DNA of 20,000 nucleotides from contig NW_014040433.1 of assembly GCF_001186125.1 (NCBI RefSeq), forward strand, positions 76,631-96,630. Reading direction: 5' to 3'. Positions within the stretch are counted from its first letter, which is position 1, and each line of letters starts with the position of its first letter. The notes below the pieces were generated by a model. That model was given only the letters and a program-made list of their open reading frames with translations. It was not told the origin of the DNA and made no database searches. This stretch comes from Sphaeroforma arctica JP610 (Eukaryota). Of this stretch, positions 9,141 to 19,417 are shown piece by piece. A program made the position numbers and the translations under genes.

Positions 9141-11447
9141 ATAATTAAAATAATAATAATAATAATAATAATGATAATATAAATATTAATACACACACAC
9201 ACACACACACACACATACATAATACATATATACACATACATTTTAAATATGCATACATATACATATACTTATACATATATGAATACTTCTACGCGGGATA
9301 TGATTTAGCCTACGAATCCATATCTGAAGTCCGGTTCCTTTTCGGGACAAATTCTATGTGAGTAACGATCATGTGATACATACATATAAGCAATTGTGCG
9401 GAATGTAAAATGAATATCATGCCATAGACAGTATATACCCATACCTTTTACAAATGACTCTCGAGGATCTCAGCCGCTCTCTGGGGAGGAAGAAGTCCAT
9501 GACATAATTGTTCAAGTTTATTTTTTGTTGATACAATTTGAATATTTGATAGTAATTGGTCATGGAAACCGCCTGAAACACAGCCAGTGCATGCTCTATA
9601 GCGGGGTTTTGCTTCTGCCGCGGTGTGAGCGATTTCCTTAAGGCTATCAGATCTGTGCATGATTAAAAGTCATATGGTAGAAACTTGTTAATATACTTGT
9701 ATACTTCCGAGTCAAATTGGTATTATATATTCATCCAGAAGTACTCAACAAGTACATTTCGCACAATATCTACGCATGCGGATGTAGAAAGCTGCCCAAG
9801 CTCTGAACACCCACTTTCAACTGCTGCAATCTTGACGAAAGACAAGAACTGAAAGCACCGTATTTGCGAAGAAAGCCGTCCACTAATCATAAATAAGATT
9901 CAACCCTCCATACAATCAGTGTGTAAATCTGCATAGAAGTGCCATATTCCATCTTATATATACATGTCTGTATGAGGCGTATGCACTGGAAAGAATAGTG
10001 GCGAGCCTCTCCACCTACCAACCTGCATCTACCACTGTGTTGACAAGATATGTATCCGATAGGCTATAAATATGCACTACCATAAAGGTTAACACTGAAA
10101 TGTACAGAGACGCCGAAGCTCAACAAATCCACCAGCATCTGCTCTGTGTTGACACAGGACAGTGTACACTACGCGATGGACGTGTACGACATGCTTCTCT
10201 GCATCTGTCTCCGTGGTTACATAGTCTAGTGTGCGATAGCGATGGGCACGCACCACCACGGGCCCTGCATTCGGGTCTTCGTTGACGGAACACAGCAAGA
10301 AAAGTACTCGATTTGCAACATATTTGTACGGACATGCTCACCTGCATCTGACTCGGTGTTGACATAGTATAGAATGCGGTATGCGATGAATTCGCACTCG
10401 TTGCGCCGGCATCCCTTGTTCTCGGCGTACAGCGTGATGAGTTGCGTTTGACACTGGTTGAAATCACCCACATCCTCCTGATAAAGCAGGCGCACACGTG
10501 TATAGCAAAGCACAACAACACAACAGATACAGATAAATCAGAGATGAGAGATTAGCATTTTTTTTAGTGCCTCTGTTGCCAAGATGAATTGGTGGTGAGC
10601 ACAGCTTGGCGAAGGAGGTGAGAAAATTCTTTCAACCAGGCGAAAACACACGAGGCGGACACACACCATGTGATGAAACTGTACACATAAAGTGTATCGT
10701 ATTGTCCTGCTAAAAGGCTATGGCACTGTTGATAACTGCCTCGCAATCCTCACATCACAGCACTATTCCTATACATCAGACGGGTAACTATAAGGCGCTG
10801 GCTAGTACCATCAATGGAAGTAGCATGTTTTGACTGAAGACAAGCAATAGGACAGTACACACACACCGAAGGCTATATATAGCTTCATACTTCGATCGAA
10901 CGTTGAACACCCGACGTCTGTTCTAATTTAGAGGAAACATGCTACAGATGGATCGTACCCTTTAGTCCACCAATACAGGAGAACACAGCGACCCAGAACA
11001 AAACACCACACTAATAACCCTATCACTATCCTAGCCAATACCTGTTCTAGTGCGATACGTGCGTGGGTTTCGTATGTGTCGACCGACAACTCGCCACGCA
11101 GCTGCTGGATCTGTATCGGGGTGAGTGCCGGGGGATACAGAGGCCATTGTTCGTCAGTCATGCAAGACAGAAGAAGAAATAAAATACAAACTATACGAAC
11201 TGCGCTATATTCTTCACGTGCAAATACTGTATTTTCTATTTGAACTATGGAAGTATCATCATATCTGACATACTTACAGTCATATAAATATACATATACA
11301 TACACATACACACACACATACACACACACGCACAAACTCACATATATATATATATATCTATAAATATATACTATATGTACACATACATATATACATGTTT
11401 ACATACATAACATACACATACACAGATATATATGTATATATATACAT

Positions 11448-11492
<45 letters not shown>

Positions 11493-11650
11493 CACATATA
11501 TGTATCTATACATACATATATGTATCTATACATACATATATGTATCTATACATACATATATATACAGACACACACACACACACACAGACACACACACATA
11601 TATATATACATGAATACATACATACATACATACATACATAGATGCAGTAC

Positions 11651-11686
<36 letters not shown>

Positions 11687-12742
11687 TAGATGCAGTACAT
11701 AACACACACACACACATATATAATAGACATACCGTCAAGTCTTGTCGAATGGCCTTTAGTTGTTCCCGTGCATAGAAGTAGTCTTCATTCTTGACATACT
11801 TGTTTTTTACCATCTGCAATGATTGCCTCAGAATGTGTTCTGGTCGCACTGTGCTTGGGTGGGGCTCGGCCGTTAATCTCAGGTGCTTCTTTTCTAACTC
11901 AGTACTCGTTCCTGTGTGATATGGGCACAGAATAGAGTGAATTCTCTGCAGTATTACTGGTAAATACTGAATATTAGCGCCACAGACAACACAACAGTTC
12001 ACTGTTGCGTGCCTACTTAGAGCAGGGCAACTGTTGGATTAGGGATTGCTTTCGTTAATTAAACAAACAGATATCGAAGCCAAGTGATCCTCTAACGTTG
12101 CGAGATACATACATGCACGTGTAAATAAGATCATCTCGCCCATCACAAACGTACTAAGATGCACTTGCTGCAGGTATTCCATAGCGCATTACACACACCA
12201 GGCTGGACAATACGCCCAAATAGACACATTCGGCTCACGCCAGTACGCCCAAACACATTTTCTTAAGTGCGTATGCCCAGGTCACTTACCGAAGTAATAT
12301 GTTGTATAACAATCAATAATTCCATAAGCTACGATTGTTCAATAATCAGTAACACCCCTCACAGACGCATACCTTGAATTTTCTTCAGGTGCAGTGAGTC
12401 CTCAAAGCTCTCGTACGGATTCCTGTATTTGGTTCGCAACAGGTTCTCGTTGAACCCACCTTTCGGCCGATTGCTTTTCCTCTTATCTCCATAGCCATTC
12501 TGAGACCCACCCGCTGAACTGTTGCCTTGATCTCGGTCGTTTCCGTTGGATTTATCCAGATGCGCATCAAACCGTGCGGCCCGGTTTGCTCGCCGGGCAT
12601 TCTCCGCCTTTTCTTCCTCTGTCTGCGGTGCGATGTGGATGTTTATTTTAAAAATACAAACACGGAACTCATCAATATATACAGTAATATACATATATAT
12701 ATATATACATACATACTTACGCACACACACATACACACAGAC

Positions 12743-12803
<61 letters not shown>

Positions 12804-12875
12804 TAAATACATAACTACATATATATATATAAACATAAACATACATATATATATATATATATAAACATATATATG

Positions 12876-12910
<35 letters not shown>

Positions 12911-15900
12911 GTGTGTGTATGTGTGTGTGCATAATTATGTATGTATATATATATATAAATAAAAATATATATACACACACACACATACATACATACAAAC
13001 AAACATACAAACATACAAACTCGGGTAGCTGCCTTTTAAACCGTGTTCGCAGGTATCAGGTAATTTGGTTCTGGTTACGTCTTAGAAGAATCCAGCAATT
13101 TTACCTACGACAGCCCATCGATACACAACAGATCTCAACTGATTCCTCCTCTCTACGCTTCGATACGATGCTACGGCTATGCACAATTACCTAGGCACTT
13201 CATACATAGAGGGCATTTAACCCACCATACATCGAGACGCTTACCTCGTTCCACCTCACAGCGTTCTTGCCCTTTTTTTCATCCGCAACGGCCACACTGA
13301 TACCCGAAAGTCTGCTAGCTAAGCCCATGGAGATGGGGGGGGTTGCTCGGCTCCTCATCAGAAGTTCCCCTGGCGTCCCACTTGGATGTCTGGACATATG
13401 CAGTCGGGTGATGTGAGTAACAATGGAAGTCTGAACCATGATGATATGTGTAACTATAAACGATGACATGATTAACAATACACAATGAAATGGAAAACTA
13501 TATACGACGGCGTGAATAACTACACGATGGCATGGATATCTATACATGATGCCGTGTATAACTATACACAATGGCATATTTAACTATACACGATGTCATA
13601 TTAACTATGCACGATGGCTTGTATAACTATATACGATGAGATGTTCAACTACATACGGAGATATATTTGTCTATATACGACGGCGTCTTCAACTGTACAC
13701 GATGGAATGTTTAATTATAAACGATAACATGGACTACTATATACTATTGGATGTTGAACTATATACTATGGGATGTTTAACTATACACAATGGGATGTTT
13801 AACTGTAAACAATGACGGATTGAACTATACACGAGGACATGTGTAACTAAGGATAAGATGTTTAACTATATACGATGGGATGTTTAACTAGGTACTATGG
13901 GATATTTAACTATACACGATGACATGTGAAACTACATACGATGGGATGTTGAACTACATGGAATGTTTCACTATACACGATGACATGTTTAACTATACAA
14001 CATGGCATGTGTAACTACATTCGATTGCATGTTTAACTATACACGCTGGCATGTTTAACTGTACACGATGGCATGTTCAACTATACTTGATGGCATGCTT
14101 GCAATAGACGAGCAATAGGCAACTATACGAACTGCACTCAGAGGCACATTACGCGCAATCAATGCAGTTGTCAGTCTGAGGAATATTGATAACCCATTCA
14201 GCCCGTAATTCCATTCCGGTTGGCTCACATCGGTCTGCCCAATGCGATTGCCGCACGTATACTACTGCAACATGGTAGTGTGATTGTGGTTATAGCAAGC
14301 AGATTCTATTTAAAATGAGCAACAGATAGAGCAACAGATACAGCAGATATATTCACCTTACGCCGTTTGTCTCTGTTACCAGCAATTGTAAAAGAGGTCT
14401 TGGCATTTTCCTGTTTAGGCAGCTGCCACACCCCAGTGCGCTCCATTCGCTCGAGGTCTGTGGTGGTCGGCACAATCTAGAGGTATGTGTCGACGAGAAA
14501 AATCGAAATTTAGTATAGATTGTCATTTAACACTTTTCGAGGACAACATGGAGGTATATGTCAGAAAAGAAGATCGCATTAGGTATATATTCAATACCTT
14601 GGGAGCGATTATATATGTACAGGGTCCCTTCAAACCATTTAATTCGGTGTGTATTAAAGCTATCTCAATGTACAGCTGTATCTTAATTCTCATCAAGTCG
14701 CCAACAAAATGTAAAAGGCTTGCCGTCAAAGTATAGGCGACAGCACTATACACGCACAATGAAACGCCAGCTCTACATTCTCATACGAAAATATCAGAAA
14801 ATCATATAAACAATATAAAAAATAGCCACGTTTGACCATCCCATACAAAGATACCACACGAACACGAATAATCAATATACAAGCCCCAATTTGACCATCA
14901 CATATAAAGATACCAAAAAAACCACATTAAGTATAAAACCAATCACATTTGACCATCCCATACAAAGGCACCACACGAACTTATATAAATCATATGTAAA
15001 GAAACCTCATTTGACCATCTCACAAGAAGAAAACATACAAACACACCTTACACAAAGAAACAATATATGAACCCACCTCATTCGACCATTGATAGGATGC
15101 ATCGTCTTTGTGTATCTCGAGCAACTTTGCAAGATACTTGTCCATCAGCCCTGCCTGCTCATCCGAAAGTCCCATAAAGCATCGGTTTACAAATGGCTCT
15201 AACGTTGGTGCCCAGGCTGGCGCCGCTTCCGGTGCTGGAGGTGCCGCTGTGAAAATAATATAACACAATGATTTCAGTGCGTGCACAATGGAAGTGATTG
15301 CTGCTATAACTGTAAGAATAGAAAGAAACGAGAGGTGTACAGTGCATTGCGATATAGGTCGCAGCATTTCTCCTTACATTAATATACCGAGGCGTGTTGT
15401 GCATGCAGGAGATACAGTTTACTCTATCGATTGTTTCACCGAATGCTATTAAGATCAAGAAGGCAAATTGCACCCCGAACACCATCCACGTGTACATAGA
15501 AGGCTGGTGCCTTCGTGAGCTATCCAGTGAACAATTGATTTCACCTCTGGCCGAAATTTGTATCCAAAGCATACACTGAAACTACACCAGGCACACAAAA
15601 CACACACACACACAGATACAATAAAATGATAAACAAATAGATAAATAAACAAATAAATACACAAATATTTAAATATACCAAACGCAAACATACCTGGTTG
15701 TTGCGCCTGAGGAGGAGGCCCAGTAAAGACTTGCTGTGATTCTTGCGATGGGCCAGCCAGTGGAGATTCTTTTGGCGGTGGCCCTACAGGGGGTGGCCCT
15801 GCCGGTGCTATGCCGGGAGGCGGTCCGCTCGGCGGGGGTGGAGGTGCAGGTGCTTCTTCAGGCGGAGACGGGATCACACCTATATTATATATATATATAT

Positions 15901-17610
15901 ATAAACAAATATATGTATAAGGCTGTATATTGGTATGATTATATATGATTTTGACATATCTTAGCGAGAGATGGCACCTACTTCAAGTAAATTATCAGCA
16001 TATTCGTATGCAGAATTGACTTGCATGTGTTGAGTGGAGAGATGAACTGAAGTACAGAAATTTCGTCCGGGAGAGACAGAGTCAAGCCCATATGAGGTGC
16101 TGAATTGTATATTCAGAATGTAAGAATTTAAAGTTTGGCATCCTATAAGGAACGCTGCGGAGCCTGCACAGACGTAGATGTACAAACCTTTACTAAGAAT
16201 AGAATGATACTATAAACAGGTGGGAAGTGCTCGAAATTTGTATGTAAGGATGTAAGGTCGGTTGCCTGCGATATCCGATCTACGTGAGGACAGGGCTATG
16301 TCACAGCATTACGGATCACACGATACGTATCCTATGCACAGAACTTCTATGGACATTTAATGGGAATCCATTCGCACAGAGTATGGTAATAAATACACCA
16401 TCCCTTTATCCTCCTCAGCCGATCCACCCACAACCTTGCACTGAACATACACAGAAAGCTACTGCAATAAGTAGATGAAAGGGCTACATCACCTTCTCTC
16501 ACCAGTCAATTCACACACAATCTGGCACTGAACATACACATGAAGCTTATGCAAAAGGCAAATAGTAGCGCTCGAACATACCTGGAGGCGCTAAACTCTC
16601 TCTAGCCGAGGGTTGTGCTATATCCAAAGGTGCCTGTACCCATTGGTTCGTGACCTTGTCGACCACCCATTGCATACCCGGTTGCAAAGGGGCTGCGTTT
16701 GACTAGAAGAATGAGAACAAAATATAGAAAGCGATACAGAATCAGATATTATGCCTACGCATTCATACACACACTCATTCTCTCTCTCTATATATATCCA
16801 CTCATTCAAAATCGGATTGATCATGTGCAACAGTAAATACATAGTCGTGTGGCCGTGGCACGCATGTCAGAATATGCATAGCAACGAAGCTATGTAAGAA
16901 GTATACATTAGAAATTACACAATACAGCCATACGCACACATATGTACTTATATATCTACATACACACACACGCACAGACACATGTCTACATATACATATA
17001 TATATATATACATACATATACGAGATCCATCCTTCCTGATGGAGCCATCTACCATAACCCCGAAGAGCTATAGCTCCATTGTAGATACACACTGATTAAT
17101 ACAATCTAGATTTTTTTTTGCACATATATATATACATATACTTAACGAGTCAGTGTGATGTGTGACGCCTAGTCTGCGAGTGGACTTGTTTGCATGATGG
17201 TGGGTTTTGGAATGTGCATAAAATGCATAGAACATGGTCGAATGATGTAAACTAAAGACTTAAGTTATGTTAGCCAATAGAGTGCATACATAAAACTAAG
17301 TTTCTGTGTATGGGTACGAAGATATAAGTTAGCTATATATATAGATATCTGACACGATCCACATTTTTTTTTGGGTTGTGTTATAACGCACGTTCATAGA
17401 TGTATACATACTACACATAACAAATCTTATAGCATACCGGTTGTTGCGGGTATTGAATATACTGCCCGTAGTGATTCATATTCTGAGCCGGGGTTTGCTG
17501 GTAGCCGTACTGCGCCTGGGGGTAGTAACCGGTCTGAGCCGGAGAAAATGACCGACAGCGAGGTTTAACAGTTTGGGGTTATAGGGATACATACATACAT
17601 ACATACACAG

Positions 17611-17641
<31 letters not shown>

Positions 17642-18733
17642 CAAGGTTTATGCACATACATGTTAATCGTGAAAGAATATAAGACTATACTGAAGGGCTG
17701 CAGACAAGATGACGCAATAAATCACAAAACACTAAATCCTCGCGATGGGTACGCCCGTGTACATTATTCTAGTCATTGCGAAAGAGGCAAACGAGACAAC
17801 GGATGTTTTGCATAGGAAAAATAAACAACTGCGACGCATCATTCACATGTCTTGGATTCTGAGAGAACGTATTAACTCATGCATTTTGATGACGATTCGG
17901 GAAGCCAATCATGTTTATATCTCGAACTCGGGTCACCATTCTATACAACTGGTTTCCGACATTGATAGCAACGAGAAGTAGCTAAAGATTTGAGCCCCAA
18001 AAACATATCTACTTATACAAAATTTCATTCCCAATTACCAGTCTTGAACACAAGCTTTCAGCACCGAACATTTATATCTACACATCAATTACATGTCGAT
18101 GCAAGCAACCGGCGTTGAGGTATACCTGTGCCTGTACGGGTTGTTGTTGGACATAGCCCATCTGCATTTGGTTGTAGTACTGCTGCTGCTGCTGTTGTTG
18201 TTGCTGTTGCAATTGTTGATGTTGTAGCTGCTGCTGTTGCTATGAGGATAGTAGGTATATCGAGAAGTAAAATTTGTGGACTGAGTACAATATACATTTT
18301 CTGGGTCGCAATGGGATCATTCTGTTGCGCATGCCCGACAAATACTAACAGATGAGGCCACAATTGATAAGTATACGAAAGATGGTTCGAGTAGAATCGT
18401 CAGTGGTTCATTCAAGATTTAAGTTCACTCATCATCAATCTGCGCAAGTTAATACAATTATTAATACTTTTGACTTGCAATAGTGTAAAGATGTTTTGTT
18501 TTGTCCAAAATATACACTACCTGGATATACAATAACTACTATGCAGCTAGCTGAGCGTGCAGAAAAAGACGAGAAAGGCGATATAGATCTCCAAAAAGAC
18601 ACAAGCATGTAAGCTCAACTAGATACCTTCAGAGCAGAGCCTATGCTGATGACTATAAATCCATACCTGATAGTATTGGTACCATTGTTGCTTTTGCTCC
18701 TCAGTATATTGTTGTTGGGGCGGTTGTCCACCG
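8344..18733 (-). CDS. LENG8: THP3/LENG8 homolog (SAC3/GANP/THP3, PCI domain). 15 exons in window, ~670 codons; 5' end beyond position 20000.
   Basis: Exons 5'->3': 18733-18667, 18239-18126, 17533-17438, 16702-16582, 15879-15694, 15246-15077, 14476-14357, 13389-13245, 12622-12373, 11911-11733, 11110-11042, 10477-10342, 9652-9445, 8867-8783, 8412-8344. All are GT-AG and phase-consistent except 13389-13245. Family motifs: [106 protein letters not shown]. Confidence 0.93.
8550..8731. repeat. Compound (CA)n/(TA)n microsatellite, last THP3 intron
   Basis: Direct reading. Confidence 0.9.
8783..8867 (-). CDS. LENG8: THP3/LENG8 exon ([29 protein letters not shown])
   Basis: cgaacag| ... GAC|gtatgt; 85 nt, phase 2-0. 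Confidence 0.9.
9030..9282. repeat. Compound (CA)n/(TA)n/(AAT)n microsatellite, intronic
   Basis: Direct reading; (AAT)n at ~9137-9180. Confidence 0.9.
9445..9652 (-). CDS. LENG8: THP3/LENG8 exon ([41 protein letters not shown]...[12 protein letters not shown])
   Basis: tgcacag| ... AAG|gtatgg; 208 nt, phase 1-2. The ORF track shows a different frame here. Confidence 0.93.
10015..10397 (-). repeat. Degenerate tandem array (~55-110 bp spacing) derived from the 3' end and donor of THP3 exon 10477-10342
   Basis: Source 10326-10397; copies at ~10261-10320, 10184-10253 (55/72 identical by manual alignment), 10128-10180 and 10015-10078. Confidence 0.85.
10342..10477 (-). CDS. LENG8: THP3/LENG8 exon ([13 protein letters not shown]...[17 protein letters not shown])
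   Basis: ttatcag| ... CAG|gtgagc; 136 nt. Confidence 0.95.
11042..11110 (-). CDS. LENG8: THP3/LENG8 exon ([23 protein letters not shown])
   Basis: gatacag| ... CAG|gtattg; 69 nt. Confidence 0.93.
11282..11722. repeat. Compound (TA)n/(CA)n/(TACA)n microsatellite with internal duplications (catagatgcagtacataa x2; catatatgtatctatacata x3)
   Basis: Direct reading. Confidence 0.9.
11733..11911 (-). CDS. LENG8: THP3/LENG8 exon, start of the SAC3/GANP domain
   Basis: cacacag| ... ACG|gtatgt; [14 protein letters not shown]...IRQDLT. Confidence 0.95.
12373..12622 (-). CDS. LENG8: THP3/LENG8 exon ([18 protein letters not shown]...LKKIQ)
   Basis: accgcag| ... AAG|gtatgc; 250 nt, phase 0-1. Confidence 0.9.
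12675..13020. repeat. Compound (TA)n/(CA)n/(TACA)n microsatellite, intronic
   Basis: Direct reading. Confidence 0.9.
13245..13389 (-). CDS. LENG8: THP3/LENG8 exon with a phase conflict at a C8 run
   Basis: gtccag| ... GAG|gtaagc; 145 nt. [18 protein letters not shown] is in one frame and [15 protein letters not shown] in the +1 frame. Confidence 0.65.
13430..14130. repeat. Intronic minisatellite, ~22-bp unit (aactatacacgatggcatgttt), about 30 diverged copies
   Basis: aactata[c/t]acgatg motif recurs every ~21-22 nt and fills most of the 13390-14356 intron. Confidence 0.95.
14357..14476 (-). CDS. LENG8: THP3/LENG8 exon ([40 protein letters not shown])
   Basis: cctctag| ... AAG|gtgaat; an alternative donor C|gtaagg would end the exon at 14362. 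Confidence 0.75.
14826..15090. repeat. ~60-bp tandem repeat (core tttgaccatc.cata.aaag..acca), 4 intronic copies whose core matches the end of exon 15246-15077
   Basis: ttgaccat at ~14832, 14891, 14949 and 15011; exonic tcgaccat at ~15082. Confidence 0.85.
15077..15246 (-). CDS. LENG8: THP3/LENG8 exon carrying the W.P.L..FV.RCF motif
   Basis: ttcacag| ... GAG|gtgggt; 170 nt, phase 1-0. Confidence 0.88.
15694..15879 (-). CDS. LENG8: THP3/LENG8 proline-rich exon
   Basis: atatag| ... CAG|gtatgt; 186 nt, phase 1-1; [20 protein letters not shown]. Confidence 0.85.
16582..16702 (-). CDS. LENG8: THP3/LENG8 exon ([40 protein letters not shown])
   Basis: ttcttctag| ... CAG|gtatgt; 121 nt, phase 0-1. 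Confidence 0.8.
17438..17533 (-). CDS. LENG8: THP3/LENG8 exon ([32 protein letters not shown])
   Basis: ggctcag| ... CCG|gtatgc; 96 nt. Confidence 0.82.
18126..18239 (-). CDS. LENG8: THP3/LENG8 polyQ exon ([38 protein letters not shown])
   Basis: ctcatag| ... CAG|gtatac; 114 nt, phase 0-0. Confidence 0.82.
18667..18733 (-). CDS. LENG8: THP3/LENG8 exon ([22 protein letters not shown])
   Basis: tttgcag| ... CAG|gtatgg; 67 nt. Confidence 0.8.
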
Positions 18734-18879
18734 CTGCAAAGTAACAAACGGAGCAATGCAAAACACAAACTGACATCAGTGTTTCATAGCATATACGGAA
18801 TAACTATCTAGGTCGTAAAATCTTCAAATTTGACTACATTTGCATTTCTATATACGTACAAGGAGCAAATTCCCGGAAA

Positions 18880-19374
18880 GCATACACTCACACACACACA
18901 CAAACATACAAATACATATCCATACACTTATATTCATAAATGCAAACATAAATGCAAACATACACACATAAATACATTCATAATACATAATACATACATT
19001 CATAATACATAATACTTGCAAATAAACATACATACATATACTATCATTTACATTTATCTATATATATATATACATACATACATACATTCGTACATACATA
19101 ACTATACACACGCAAACCTACATACATACAAAAAAAAATACATACGTGCATACAAACATCCATATACATACACTCACACTCACATACACACACACGCACA
19201 CACACATATATATATAGATATATTTATATATATATATAAATATATATATATACATACATGCACACCAGTACATACATAATTACATGATTACATACATACA
19301 CGCAACACGCACACACAAAAAAACACACATACCCATATATATATATATAAATATATATATATATACATATTTAC

Positions 19375-19417
<43 letters not shown>

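Noticed and set aside
9448..9660. [15 protein letters not shown]...
   Set aside because: Wrong frame of THP3 exon 9652-9445.
10089..10298. 69-aa ORF as an intact mutually exclusive THP3 exon
   Set aside because: Covers only fragments of the exon's 3' end, lacks the FNQCQ half and a convincing in-phase acceptor, and the copies have indels; kept as a repeat finding instead.
13020..13195. Possible extra exon that could fix the 13245-13389 phase problem
   Set aside because: The conflict is a stop inside the upstream exon, so a downstream exon cannot repair it; candidate frames here also hit stops.
17015..17095. Possible extra THP3 exon between microsatellites
   Set aside because: Flanking exons already join in phase and no convincing donor/acceptor pair was found.
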